Source of the DNA: a virus
Virus record (IMG/VR): IMGVR_UViG_3300037141_000243
Location: 8,850-72,849 of that record
DNA: 64,000 nt
Strand: one strand, 5' to 3'
The notes beneath the pieces were generated by a model. It had not been told where the DNA came from and searched no databases. It was given only the letters and a program-made list of their open reading frames with translations. Below are positions 36,343 through 47,304 of the stretch, in pieces. How positions within the stretch are numbered: the stretch's first letter is position 1; every line of letters starts with the position of its first letter. The translations under genes were made by a program, and so were the position numbers.

Positions 36343-37056
36343 TCAAGTGCTTACCATAGTGAAACGGAAAGCATAACGCTCGGTTTGGTAGACCTTGCGC
36401 TTACCGTACTTCTTAGGCTCGGGGGCGGCATAAACGCGGGGCGCGCGTTTGCACTCTTCAAGGTCACCCCCATAAGTAAACCCGGTTGTATATTTAGGCT
36501 GGCCCGGGTCAAGACCCAGCAAGCTGCGGAGCTGGCCTTCAAAGTCGTGGCCGCATGTACCCAAGAGGGCGTTCAGTTTCTCGTTCGTAGTAAGCCTTAG
36601 CCCGGCGGTGATCACCTTGGGGGCGGTCGGCTCTTCCGTGATGACCCGCATCAAGGTCCGGATTTCCTCTGACGCTGATTTCAGAGTCGCGATCATTTCG
36701 GCGTCCCCACATTCAGACCCGCCGACCATTTCCAGCAAATCCGCATCTGATGTAGCGGGGTTCTTGCGGGCAAATTGAGAGATGGGGGTTTCCTTGGGGG
36801 CTTTGGTTCGCGCGTTTGCAAGGTCAGTGATGTGGTTGCTGAACACTCGCTGGCAAAGGCTCATAAAATGTTTTTGATTCTCGACCTTGTAGCCGTAGCG
36901 TTCCCGACATATTGCATAGGCCAAAAATCCATCTTGAATGAGGTCGCTGAGTTCGTAGAAGGCGGCTACCCGCCACAGGTTCTTTCTGGCCTGTTTGTAA
37001 ATGTATTGTTTGAGTCCGCGATCTAGATATTTCGGCGGCGGTCGTCTCTGTGCCAT
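36343..37056 (-). CDS. RNA polymerase sigma-factor-like protein
   Basis: Region-2-like pattern YELSDLIQDGFLAY..C..RY......F.......F.N.I.DL. Confidence 0.65.
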   Translation of the reverse strand: MAQRRPPPKYLDRGLKQYIYKQARKNLWRVAAFYELSDLIQDGFLAYAICRERYGYKVENQKHFMSLCQRVFSNHITDLANARTKAPKETPISQFARKNPATSDADLLEMVGGSECGDAEMIATLKSASEEIRTLMRVITEEPTAPKVITAGLRLTTNEKLNALLGTCGHDFEGQLRSLLGLDPGQPKYTTGFTYGGDLEECKRAPRVYAAPEPKKYGKRKVYQTERYAFRFTMVST

Positions 37057-37191
37057 TGGTTCCCAGCCCTTTCGATTGCCCTGATAAAAGTCCGTGGTTG
37101 CAAACGGGACGCCACGGTCGCCCGGAAACGAAACACGAGTCTGCGAGGGTACACAGAGCCGGTTTCCGTCGGTCTGCTCGACGATTAGACG

Positions 37192-37449
37192 CTAGGGGGC
37201 TTTCCCCTCTTTTGCAAGGCTCATGCTGCCCCAATCAAGAGCTAATTCAGGAAACTGATCACTTTTCTTTCCTGATATATAACCATTCGGTCGCCACTGA
37301 CCCTCAGTCCGCGCGCCAGTACAATCTAAATAAAATCCGCAAATACGATAATTATAAGTGTGGGCATACTCAAACTTTGCACCATTCCGTAAGCGTGTTA
37401 CTTTACTAGGATCACGCCCCAGCGATTGCATAGTTTCCCACGCATTCAT
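37192..37449 (-). CDS. Hypothetical protein
   Basis: 85 aa, ATGA overlap with the primase stop. Confidence 0.5.
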   Translation of the reverse strand: MNAWETMQSLGRDPSKVTRLRNGAKFEYAHTYNYRICGFYLDCTGARTEGQWRPNGYISGKKSDQFPELALDWGSMSLAKEGKAP

Positions 37450-38447
37450 GACGCCCTCATCTCCTTCAGCATTTGCTTAATTGCTGACCCCGACATTTCC
37501 CCAGGATCGCAATCGCCGTCCGTAGTCCAAGTTTTAATCCCCAAGGCGGTAAGCGATCTAGATACCGCCAGAGAGTCAATCGAGGCATCGGGGTCGAGCA
37601 GCAAGAATACCTTTTCGTAGCTGTGGCGAAGGTCAGCCAACAAATCAATCTGGGCCGCGCTCACCGCCTTGCCAAAAATACATGTGGCGCGCGACCCCGT
37701 TGCGCTGGCGTGCAGCGACAGGTTCATGGCATCGAGCGGACCTTCTGCGATGACGAGTATTTCCCCACCCTCCGACAACGCGGGGTAGCCCAACAGCGTG
37801 TCGGTAATTGGACCCAGCGCCAAAGGGCCGTCGCCCGCTTTTTCAGAGTGGCGGGTCAGGGTTTTGTATTTCGGTTTGGCGTCGTCTGCGATTGACCGCG
37901 CGGTCCATGTAAACAACGCCCCAGCTTCGTCCCTTACCGGAATTACGATTCGATAGGTATAATCGCCCCTCATGGCAAAACGCAGATCGTAGTCCTCGAT
38001 CAAGCGGTCGATCTGGCGCGCGGTAAAGCCCCGGCTAGCTAGGTAGATAAGGAAAAGGTGGGCACTCTTGCTTCCCCAAGCCCGACAGAATTCAGGGGGC
38101 ATTTTCAGGGGGGCGCGGGCCTGGGCGCTATCTATCCCCTTCAGGGCCTCTAAAACCCCATCCAGGCCGCTTGTGGGGGCCGCTGACGGGCCTTTAGCCC
38201 CCTCGCCGCATAGGCGGGCGGCCTCGGCATAGGAACAGCCCACAAGGGCCTGAATCAAACGGATCGGAGACCGACCCCTATGATTACTCGACCGCCAACA
38301 ACCCCAGCCTTTTCCACGCAGGGAAACGCCAAGATGCTTACCAGAATCGGATGAACCGCATAGGGGGCAGTGAAGATACAAATCATAACCCTTACGGTCA
38401 AATTCAATTCCCCTTTGCACCAAAAACGATTCCCACGAAAAGCTCAT
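37446..38447 (-). CDS. DNA primase (Zn finger + TOPRIM)
   Basis: HCPLC..., WGCWR, RIVIPV, TARSI, PKY, AEGPLDA and DPD motifs. Confidence 0.88.
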   Translation of the reverse strand: MSFSWESFLVQRGIEFDRKGYDLYLHCPLCGSSDSGKHLGVSLRGKGWGCWRSSNHRGRSPIRLIQALVGCSYAEAARLCGEGAKGPSAAPTSGLDGVLEALKGIDSAQARAPLKMPPEFCRAWGSKSAHLFLIYLASRGFTARQIDRLIEDYDLRFAMRGDYTYRIVIPVRDEAGALFTWTARSIADDAKPKYKTLTRHSEKAGDGPLALGPITDTLLGYPALSEGGEILVIAEGPLDAMNLSLHASATGSRATCIFGKAVSAAQIDLLADLRHSYEKVFLLLDPDASIDSLAVSRSLTALGIKTWTTDGDCDPGEMSGSAIKQMLKEMRAS

Positions 38448-40153
38448 TTCTTTTTCTGCACGCAAATTGGAACAGGGCCAAACCAATCGAATGCCCCGAT
38501 AGGCGTCAGTCCTTTACCCATCTGCCGTTTAACTTGATGCGAACCTGTTACCCAAACAGGGTGGATATTTGCCCACGGCGTATCTTTCCATTGAGCGTAA
38601 TACCACCCGCTATCAATCGGCGGATTAGTCTGCAATCGACGAACTACATCAACCATTATCCTTTACCACACACAGACCCATGTTCCTGCACAAATTGAAA
38701 CAGGCTTTTCCTGACCACCGTGCATTTCTTCCGACCCAGCTTGGTTACCATACCCTTAACCGATTTGGCCTCTTCGCCAGCGTAATGCTCATGGCAACGC
38801 AAAGTATCATCGAGGCCGTGGGCGCTGACCTCAACCTCGTCCTGAGTCCGGTTCATTGCGACAAGTAATTCCTGCCATGACTCATCGCTGCATTTGATCA
38901 GTTTCAGGCGCGGGCTCATTTTACAATTTCATCCTCTCGTAAATTGAGGATGTCTTTCCGGGGGGCAAACCGATGCCATTTCCCCACAGCGAAAAGCACT
39001 ATAAACAAAATCACCAACCCAATATTATTCATGATCCAGGCCAAAGCCGCCACAATCCCCAGGCCGGCAAACAGTATGCCTAACCAACCGAACATCATGA
39101 ATAGTAGGATCAGGGCAAGTAGCGTTCTCATGGCAAAACGAGCGCGACGAACGCCCCCAACACCGCACCCACGAAACAAGCGGCAATTAAAATATGCCAG
39201 AACGGGGCCGGGCGTTTGCGATGGCCAAAAAGCACATCATGCGGATCAATGTAATTTTTCATCTACACCACCATCAACAAAAGTTCTTCGGCCCCGTATA
39301 CGCACCTGCGTCCACAACATTCGCATTCGTAGCCGCGTGCATCGGGCTCGCAGCCGTCAGCGTCTTCCCCGCAAGCAATACAAAATCCCGGATTGTCCAT
39401 GACTGTATCGCGGCGCTCGCACGCTTCCATGATCCGATCAGCGGTAATTGATGGGTGAATCTTCATGGCGTTTCTCCTCTAGCGATTAACAGGCGCTCGT
39501 AATCCTTGGGGCTGATCATGACGCTTCTTCCCGCTTTGTGTACAGCATACACCAGCGGCTTGGCTTTGCCCTTGGCCGCGTCAATCGCTTGGCGCAGGGA
39601 AGGGTATTCCTCACGGATGCTTTTGCCCCGCGTGCGGTAGTCAATCACGGAAAAGTAATCAGCGGCGAGGACAATTTCATCTTCCCACTGTTCGCGGGTT
39701 ATGGGGGCGCTGGGCAGGCCGCAGGGGCCGAGGGTGGGGGTCATTGCTTTGCCTGCCTTTCCCGCAAACGGCGAATAAATTCAGGATAAGGGATCATTTC
39801 CTTTGGCGGATTTGCTTTCGCGCGCCTTTCTAATTCGTCGGCGCGATCCAAAATCTTGCCAATATCGGCTAAGATTCCATCGTCATTGTTTTGGGGGGCG
39901 CAGGTCATATATTGCGTCCGTGATAATCGCCCATCAAATCGGCTTTATTGTAACCATCATTCCAAGCCGCCCGCCGAATTTTAGCGTGCTCGGGATATGG
40001 ATTGGTATAAAGGCGCTTCGGAAGGGCTGATTTAGCACAAGCGTATTGCGCGGCGGTCTGCCCAAGCTCGTAGGCTTCATAAGTCGCATAATTCATCGGG
40101 CCATGACGCCACATCTGGTCAAAGCCCCTCTTTTCCCGGCGATAATTGGTCAT
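38444..40153 (-). other. Cluster of small hypothetical genes, including a membrane protein (38916-39131), a Zn-ribbon protein (39263-39466) and an Rmf/CrpP-like protein (39905-40153)
   Basis: Tightly packed minus-strand ORFs; GFCIACG...CEPDA..YECECCG; AYELG...NPY...AWNDGY. Confidence 0.6.
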
Positions 40154-40212
40154 CTGATTTCCCTTTCTATTGCAGCGCCCGAGCCGTTTCCGGCGGCCTG
40201 GGTCGCAGGGGA

Positions 40213-40241
40213 ATAATGGGCTTTTCCGGGGGCCTTTGCAA
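40213..40241 (-). promoter_or_regulatory. Sigma70-like promoter
   Basis: TTGCAA-N17-CATTAT upstream of the small-gene cluster. Confidence 0.5.
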
Positions 40242-40282
40242 GCCCCCAAAGGGCAAGTTGTAAGCCCTTGTACATATTAGTA

Positions 40283-41149
40283 CTATTTGGGCTTAGGGGG
40301 TTTACCATGCTTTTCCCGCCATTTGACCCAGCCAGCACTCATGGCAGCACAAGTCTTTTTACGAAAATCTAAGTCATTCTCCCAGCGGGCAGAATACCTA
40401 ATACCGGCGGCTTTTAATTTTGCCACTACATCTGACCGCCCCATAGCCTGTTTAACAGCGACCTTTCTCCGTTCCTTCACACCAGGTTTTGCATTAGCCG
40501 CTTTAAGAATTTTACCTAAATTAGCACGCCACTTTGGATCGGCCCTTGTCGCTTTGTGTTTAGCTTTCACTTCCGGACGACTATACGCTTCCTTTGCTTT
40601 GGTGCTTTGTCCTTTACGCCAAACTACATCCGCGTGGGCTACCCTACATCTTTCCTTCACATCAGGCCGAAGATGAGCCGCTTTAAGAATTTTATTTCTT
40701 CTCTCTAAGAAACCCGGTTTCCGTAAAGTTGCCAAAGCAGCTTCTCTTTTCTTTGCTTTTACCTCCGGTTTTGCCAACGTCTCTTTAAGTACCATCGCCC
40801 TTCTCTTTCTGGCATCATCAGAAAGGGCTACTAAACCATCACCCCCGCACGTCATATTTGCTAAAGTACCAGTACCAAGATCAAGTCTACCATATCTAGT
40901 AATTAATCTTATTTCTAAAGCAACCGCCTCTGATTTAGTCAGACCCCCGGCAAAAACTTCATACAAAAGATTTTCAGCACCGTATTTACGAATGATGTTT
41001 CTAAAAATATTCTTTCGCTTTGCGGGTCGCTTTGCTGCTCTCAAATGTTCTTCTTTACGCTGTTTTCTTTTGCTTACCCCAATATAACACAGCACGCCAT
41101 TAGGACGGCGGAATTGGTAAACGTAATATATGCCTAAACGTTTCATCAA
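40283..41149 (-). mobile_element. Free-standing GIY-YIG homing endonuclease with basic helical repeats
   Basis: YYVYQF...YIG, E..LI..YGR.DLGTGTLANMTCGGDG; repeats PEVKAKKR, PDVKERCR, PEVKAKHK and PGVKERRK; AT-rich. Confidence 0.85.
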
Positions 41150-41238
41150 AACCTCCCGGTTCGATCTATCCTGGGAAAAAGCGCGGCAGCCAGTTGGATG
41201 GACTGGTTTTCGGGGATCAACCTAGCCGCAAACAGACC

Positions 41239-42795
41239 TTATATTACTTTGCCGGGATCACGCAAGAGCGCCCTGAAAACATCCTCACCCTGCTTGTGGA
41301 AATCGAGAATGCGTTGGTCAACAGTACCCTTACATACCAAATCTATCAGAAAACCAGGAAGCGTTTGTCCTTCCCTAAACGTCCTACGCTCAGATTGTTC
41401 TCTATCAACCACACCCACGGGACTCTCGTAATATATACAATAGTTAGCGACCTGAAGGTTAAGGGCCATGCCGCCAACCCGCCAGTTAGTCACCAGAACC
41501 GTCATTCGCGGATCATCATCAAATTGCTTTTGCAGGGCGCGACTATCTTTGGTCCCGCCATATAACCACCCAGCTTTAATCTTGGCCTTTTCCAGCGCCT
41601 TGCAAATTTCCCTACCGCTGTGAACAAATTCGTGAAATACAACAGCCTTCCGGTTAACGGGCAATTCCATCAGTAATTCAACCAAGCGGTCCAATTTTGG
41701 ATTTGAAGGAAATACCAACTCAGCCTTTTCCCCCGTCTCATCGTTTTTCCATCCTAAGAAACCCCCACTAATTTGTCTCATGCGAAGAAACATATTTCGT
41801 ATTTGTATACTGTCGCCTCTTGCAACGCGGAGAGCAAACAGGGCCTTGTCATAATAAGCCCGCGCGTCTTCTGGCAACGATACCTTTTCTATAATACGGG
41901 TAACTGATGGGAGATTTTGACATTCGGCAGAGGAATAGGTAATTGATCTATTCTCTAAAATTTCCCTCAACACATTCTCTTTATCTTTACAAAAAACATA
42001 TTCATAACCGCCCCAGTAATTCTTCTTCTCTGTAAAGAACGCGGCGCGGAAGAGCCCTAGCGTGTCCCCGAGGGTTTCACCCCGGTCAACTAAATACATT
42101 TGCGACCACAACATCGTTGGGTCACGCCCAAACGGTCTGCCGGCCAGGGCGTAGCGATACTTAGCCTTCTTGGATATGGCGCGGCAAATGCGAAAAGTCA
42201 GCGACCCCATATTCCCAAGTTTTGTCGATTCATCGTAAACCACAGCCGTTATATTGGCAGCAAAGCGATCAACCGCTTTCTGATTCAGGGCCAGCTTGAT
42301 CTTGCCCTTTTTGTTGACGGTCTTCTTGGACAGCAACGAGGCAATCCCTGGGTATGTCAGAACGAGGAATCCGAAATCTAATTCAGCAAAGGTAAGCCAT
42401 TTTTGGTCGCTGGAGGAATTGCCAATCACATCGTAAGGAAGAGTCATCTTCCATTTCTTGATCTGATCTTCCCAATTGTAGACAGCAGATTCAGACGGCA
42501 CCAGAATCAGGATCGTGGGGTTGGCTTTGGTCTTGCTGAAAAGGTGGTGCATCACCTCCAGCATAATCCGCGTCTTGCCTAATCCCATATCAAGCCACAG
42601 GGCGAGCTGAGGGTAGGCCAGGCACAACAGGATGCAGGCTTTTTGATGTTTGCGTAAAGGCTTGGATCGATCCGCCGGCCTGAACCCAATTGCCTTTAAT
42701 TCATCGTCAAGGGTCTGTTCGGATAATTGCTTTACCCAGGCCAACGATGTACGGGGTTGGCGGAAAAATTCCTTGACGGCATCAGGGTGGAGCAT
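41239..42795 (-). CDS. SNF2-like SF2 helicase
   Basis: LRKHQ, DMGLGKT, YDEST, LAGRP, LNLQ.A and QSERR..R.GQ motifs. Confidence 0.88.
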   Translation of the reverse strand: MLHPDAVKEFFRQPRTSLAWVKQLSEQTLDDELKAIGFRPADRSKPLRKHQKACILLCLAYPQLALWLDMGLGKTRIMLEVMHHLFSKTKANPTILILVPSESAVYNWEDQIKKWKMTLPYDVIGNSSSDQKWLTFAELDFGFLVLTYPGIASLLSKKTVNKKGKIKLALNQKAVDRFAANITAVVYDESTKLGNMGSLTFRICRAISKKAKYRYALAGRPFGRDPTMLWSQMYLVDRGETLGDTLGLFRAAFFTEKKNYWGGYEYVFCKDKENVLREILENRSITYSSAECQNLPSVTRIIEKVSLPEDARAYYDKALFALRVARGDSIQIRNMFLRMRQISGGFLGWKNDETGEKAELVFPSNPKLDRLVELLMELPVNRKAVVFHEFVHSGREICKALEKAKIKAGWLYGGTKDSRALQKQFDDDPRMTVLVTNWRVGGMALNLQVANYCIYYESPVGVVDREQSERRTFREGQTLPGFLIDLVCKGTVDQRILDFHKQGEDVFRALLRDPGKVI

Positions 42796-42809
42796 GATTT
42801 AAGACATAC

Positions 42810-45450
42810 CCCGACCACACCCCTTACTTTGCGTTAGATAATCATCAGGACTAAAAACATCGCAGCGCCGGATACGCATACGACAACCCATGCCAGCAAA
42901 AGCCAGAGTGCCCATTTAGGAAGTTGGGACAACCCACGCAATCGCTTTCCGGTGATCGGGATAATCATGCCGTGTCTCCCTTAATTATGTGTAGCGCTGT
43001 GCGCCAAAGCTTCGTATCGATTTTGCGCTGCCCGACTTTGGTTGTGTTCTCTTCGAGAAGAAAGATTAGGCCGGACGGCAACAACCTCAACCCCCATTGC
43101 TACCGAGCGAAGCGAGGACGCGAGAGCCATTTGGAGCATCATAACGCTGGAGAATATCAACCTCGTTGAGCATATAGGCATCAACAGGGTATTTCTCAGC
43201 GCGAAGTTGACCGAGCGCAGTGCGCAGAGCTTCTGCCAATTCATCTGCTGTCGGCTTTTCTGCCATATCTCGACTCATTATTTGTTGCCGATCGCCAACC
43301 GCCCGGCGTCAGTGATCTTGGCAAAATACTGTTTTCCGGTAGATCGCGTTATCACAAATCCGCGCCTGCAAAGTGCAAGGGCAGATTGCCAGTAATGGGA
43401 ACTAATCTGGCGTTCTTTCCCATCGCGCAAGCGTTCCAGAACATTGAACATCATTGGCGTCAAAAGAAACTCCTCTATTTCTTCTCTAGTGCTGGCGTAA
43501 TATTTTCCCAGACTTGGAGCGCAGCCTTCACACCGCGCGGAAAGCCCTTGCAGTTGCATGTTGGGTAGGAACATACCAAGTGAATTTCGGCAGCATCGCA
43601 TCCAGCACGGACCGCAACGGCGACACGATTAGGATATTCTGTAATGTCCATCCCTGCTCCTATTGTGGGGTGAGAAGTTCTGGAATCTTGGAGATGCGCG
43701 CGCCAATCTCCATCAGCTCCTGATAATCTTTTGCGCGTTCAAGTTGACGAAGCAACGTCACCGCAGCATCGAACACCACGGCCTCGAACCCATCACGGCG
43801 CTGTTCGTAGGTTATATTGTCAGACATTCCGGCTCTTATGTTTCACGGCGCGAAAACGCGCCCATTAAGTTAAGCCCGGCAAGAATAAAAAGAATGCCGA
43901 GGAAAATTAGAACCACGTCTGTTTCCCAGTCCATCAATCCGATGCTCCTATCTTTCAATCTTCACGAATAGACTTTTGCCGCCCGGCGCGATTTTCACAT
44001 CTACAATTCGGTAGTCTGTACGATAGCCACGGTACAACTCCCATAATTTGCCGCCACCTTCACCGACTTCTTCCCAGCCTTTTCCAAGAAGATCGCGCGC
44101 CATCTTGCGATAGGCATGTGCGCGGCGGGTTAGGTCAGTGACAAGCATCTCGGCGTCTCCTTAATTGTTGGTTCTGTAGAATGGACAGGCCGCCCCACCA
44201 GTCGGTTCAACGCGCGTCCGCGATGGCGGCCATGAAAATCCATAAGCCTTTGTAATGCAGTCAGGGAGCAAAACACTCGGCACCTCGACATTGCAGCAAT
44301 ACGTATTTCCCTTGCGAGGAACGCGCTTGCCAGCGGCGTTCGGCATCACCGCTAAAAATCTGCATGTCCGGCACGAACGCATCTTCGCTCCTATGTTTCA
44401 GCGCCAGCGCGCGGAAGGTTTCCATAAAATTCCTGTCGGCCTTTGTCGGTCAAGCCGTAGATCACAAGCGATGAACCATCACGGGCGATAAATGGCTGCT
44501 TCCCAATCGCAGAAACAAAACCATCAATCTCAGCTTCGTGCAGCGCATCCATTGAACAAAGCCATACTGGAATGTTGGTGGCTTTACCGGGGTGCTCGCG
44601 CTCGCAATGCTCGATCCATCCCAGAAGCTGTTGGCGCGTCGTGGTCACAGATGCTCCTTCGTTAGAATAGTGTTTCGCCGGAAGGCATCGCATTCTTGTC
44701 CGATACCTTCCGCAGCTCGTAAGTGCCGGGGTTGAACCGAACACCGTCAAAGAAAAACTCTGTGCCCCGAAAGAAGCGAACAACATGGCCCGCATCGGCT
44801 CCACTGGCGAAGCCAAGCTGATCGCTGATGCTATCAAAGTCTTTCGGCACGGATCGCTCCTAAAATGTTGATGACAATTCTGGATTGATTGCGAACAGCC
44901 TGTCAATTTGTTCCCATATTTGAACTGAGGTTCGGCGAGACCCAATCCACTTTTTACCAACGTACCCGTCCCACAAAACAACATCGCCGTCTTTATCTAG
45001 CACGGGGATAATTTTAACCAACATAGCCGCGCGCCCTTTCTATAGGTGGTGAAGTTTGCCAGCGCGGCCATCACGGAAGACGCGTTGGGCGAATTTATAT
45101 TGAAGATATTCTTGCTTCTGCTGCTTTGTCATTTTGGTAGTGGGGTCGGCGTCGGCGTGACATGGGGTACACCACAAATTCCAGTTATTGTATTTGCTGC
45201 CCGGCTCGATCCGGTTGTGGCAACCTGTGGTGTAGCATTTGACCGTCGCCATTGTCCCGGCTTCTATTCTTTAGGTTCAATTTTCTGGATGATTCCAGAC
45301 TGTAGCTGTGAGACGTATGGATTGTGGCTCGACACCACGAACGGACATTGCGGGTGCATGTGGTCCCACCTTTCGGTAATCAGGTAGTTTCCATCGTTCA
45401 TATCAACAACCGTGCGAGAGATCAGTGCTGGATTACCCATGCCAAGCCCC
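42810..45450 (-). other. Cluster of small early hypothetical genes
   Basis: Chain of 50-90 aa ORFs, several with GGAG RBSs (e.g. 43087-43278, 43948-44148, 44161-44382, 44662-44850, 45040-45252); individual starts uncertain. Confidence 0.55.
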
Positions 45451-45762
45451 CTAATCCACGCCGCTGCCGCAGAACATTGTTGCCGGGGGCACCGCAAAGA
45501 AGTGTGGCCCATGCGTTAGATCGACAGATTCACTGTCCCCGAAATAGACCTGCTTGCCATCGCGCTCTTCAAACATCTGGTAAAGCGGAGTGGCGTCCGC
45601 TAGCCTCTTTACTTCCATAGCCCGCATTGACGGTTCCATCGTGATGTATTTCCGCATGTCGAACCAGAAGGTATGCGGTCCAAGATGGTTTACCCGCAAA
45701 TGATCCTGCTCGTAACCCTGCGGCACTTCCCGCTTACAGACGATGCACATTCTCATTCCCAT
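45451..45762 (-). CDS. C2H2 Zn finger + multi-ubiquitin-like (beta-grasp) domain protein
   Basis: CIVC...H...H, then F.FD..KY....SM...EVKRLA....YQMFEE....D.ESVDL...HFFAVPPAT. Confidence 0.55.
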   Translation of the reverse strand: MGMRMCIVCKREVPQGYEQDHLRVNHLGPHTFWFDMRKYITMEPSMRAMEVKRLADATPLYQMFEERDGKQVYFGDSESVDLTHGPHFFAVPPATMFCGSGVD

Positions 45763-45772
45763 GACCGGCTCC

Positions 45773-45973
45773 TCAGTTTGCCCGAAGGCGTTTGAACAGA
45801 TTGCGGAAAAATCTTATCGGGCTGTAAGTGGACCAGACCATATCTGCGCCAAGAAGGTTTCCGTCAGCGTCACGATATTCTTTGACCACGGCGAGCAGCG
45901 GCAGTTGGTGCTTACCCTTGAAGCCGATGATGAGGCTTTCGGTGAAGTCGTCGTTGTTGAAAACAATCTGCAT
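45773..45973 (-). CDS. Hypothetical protein
   Basis: GGGAG RBS before MQIVFNND. Confidence 0.5.
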   Translation of the reverse strand: MQIVFNNDDFTESLIIGFKGKHQLPLLAVVKEYRDADGNLLGADMVWSTYSPIRFFRNLFKRLRAN

Positions 45974-45986
45974 GGCTTCGCTCCCC

Positions 45987-46346
45987 TTATAGTGAACGGT
46001 TGAATAGAACATTCTCGTAGCCGATCTTGGCAGAAGTGATATTGAACTTCTCGATCACGGCGTCTTCCAAGCTGAACCCCGCGCGCTGCGCCAACAGGTC
46101 GAGATAGACAAACGTATCCGCGACCTCACGCCGAAGGGCGGTCTGCAATTCTTCCGGTGTCTCTTTGTTGCCGGGAATGCCGTCGCGCACGCGGTTCAAC
46201 TTCTTGGCGATGTTCGCCGCTTCGCCAAGCTCGCCCAGCGTAGCCGTGAACCAGTCGGACAGCGACCAGCTTTCCAACTTGTGATTGAACCCGTTGACCG
46301 CTTCGCAGCGGCGGCGGTTGAAAACACTGAAATCTTGAAACTGCAT
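45987..46346 (-). CDS. MazG-like nucleotide pyrophosphohydrolase
   Basis: GELGEAANIAKK...EVADTFVYLDLLA...L..AV..KFN; GAGGA RBS. Confidence 0.8.
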   Translation of the reverse strand: MQFQDFSVFNRRRCEAVNGFNHKLESWSLSDWFTATLGELGEAANIAKKLNRVRDGIPGNKETPEELQTALRREVADTFVYLDLLAQRAGFSLEDAVIEKFNITSAKIGYENVLFNRSL

Positions 46347-46350
46347 TGGG

Positions 46351-46581
46351 CTATTCCTCGTCAGCGTAAAGGTTGGAAAGCGTCTTCTCGAACACATGGG
46401 CGGCGGCATAGCGCCGGGCTTCACCCAAGGTTGTGGCCTCGATGCCAACCCAACGCTTGCCCCAGTCATCTTTCAATCCGCCCTGATCGCGGAAGAAATT
46501 GCCCTCTTTGACAAATACGGTGGCAGCATTGTCCACGCAGTAGAATGGCGCGGCGTCTCTGTTCTTTGCTATGGCGGGCAT
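46351..46581 (-). CDS. Hypothetical protein
   Basis: 76 aa, GGGAG RBS. Confidence 0.5.
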   Translation of the reverse strand: MPAIAKNRDAAPFYCVDNAATVFVKEGNFFRDQGGLKDDWGKRWVGIEATTLGEARRYAAAHVFEKTLSNLYADEE

Positions 46582-46590
46582 GGTCGCTCC

Positions 46591-47097
46591 CTAATTATAT
46601 CGTTCCACGGTGCAGAGAGTATCATTTCGGTTGCCGCCGTGGCTGACAATCAAAATCTCCACAATCTCAAAACCGCGCTTCTTGCCGATACCGACCGTGT
46701 TCCAGCCGAACGAAATTACATGGCCGCCCATCTTGATTGTGCGCGCAACTTCATCCCTGACTTTCGGGAACCCGCCCGTCGGGTTTTCTTTCCCTTTGAA
46801 CTTGTAGCCCATGTCCTCGTAGGAGCGGCTCACTTGGGTCAGAGAATACGGCGGGTCAAAAATCACGCCGTTCAAAGACGCGCCAGGAAGGTCAAGCATG
46901 AACTCGTAGGCTTCCTTTTGCGAAGGCTGGCCGTTCCCTGGGTTCAAGTCATTCCGAAATTCCGCGAAGGTGCTTTGCCCCGCGAACGGGTCAGCCCAGC
47001 CGACACCGTTCCCGGCATACTTCACCAGTAGGTCTTTGATGGCCGGTATCCCGAACGTCCACTTGTTCGGCATGGCCCATGTGCGCGTTATCAACAA
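46591..47097 (-). CDS. Small adenine-specific methyltransferase
   Basis: ADPFAG (motif I) and FDPPYS (motif IV); no obvious target-recognition domain. Confidence 0.8.
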   Translation of the reverse strand: MLITRTWAMPNKWTFGIPAIKDLLVKYAGNGVGWADPFAGQSTFAEFRNDLNPGNGQPSQKEAYEFMLDLPGASLNGVIFDPPYSLTQVSRSYEDMGYKFKGKENPTGGFPKVRDEVARTIKMGGHVISFGWNTVGIGKKRGFEIVEILIVSHGGNRNDTLCTVERYN

Positions 47098-47107
47098 AAT
47101 CGCCCCC

Positions 47108-47293
47108 CTATTCTTGAGTGGTTACATCAACGCGGCGAACGTCTTGATATTTCTCGCGCGCCGCTTTGCGGGTAGCAAAGATTGCGGGCATGAGAGTGAG
47201 TTCGCCATTGCCGTAGCCGCCCCAGCCAGTATCAACCGCCAGCTTGTCCAGATTGCCTTCGACAAAGCCGCCCCAAAATGTTTTTGCGTACAT
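47108..47293 (-). CDS. Hypothetical protein
   Basis: 61 aa, GGGGAG RBS. Confidence 0.5.
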   Translation of the reverse strand: MYAKTFWGGFVEGNLDKLAVDTGWGGYGNGELTLMPAIFATRKAAREKYQDVRRVDVTTQE

Positions 47294-47304
47294 ATCTGGC
47301 TCCC

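Noticed and set aside
37080-37140. Hammerhead ribozyme (CTGATAA...GAAAC on the plus strand)
   Set aside because: The core is CTGATAA rather than CTGANGA, and stem II does not abut GAAA.
41150-41185. tRNA suggested by GGTTCGATC
   Set aside because: No cloverleaf or acceptor stem; better explained as an RBS hairpin on the minus strand.
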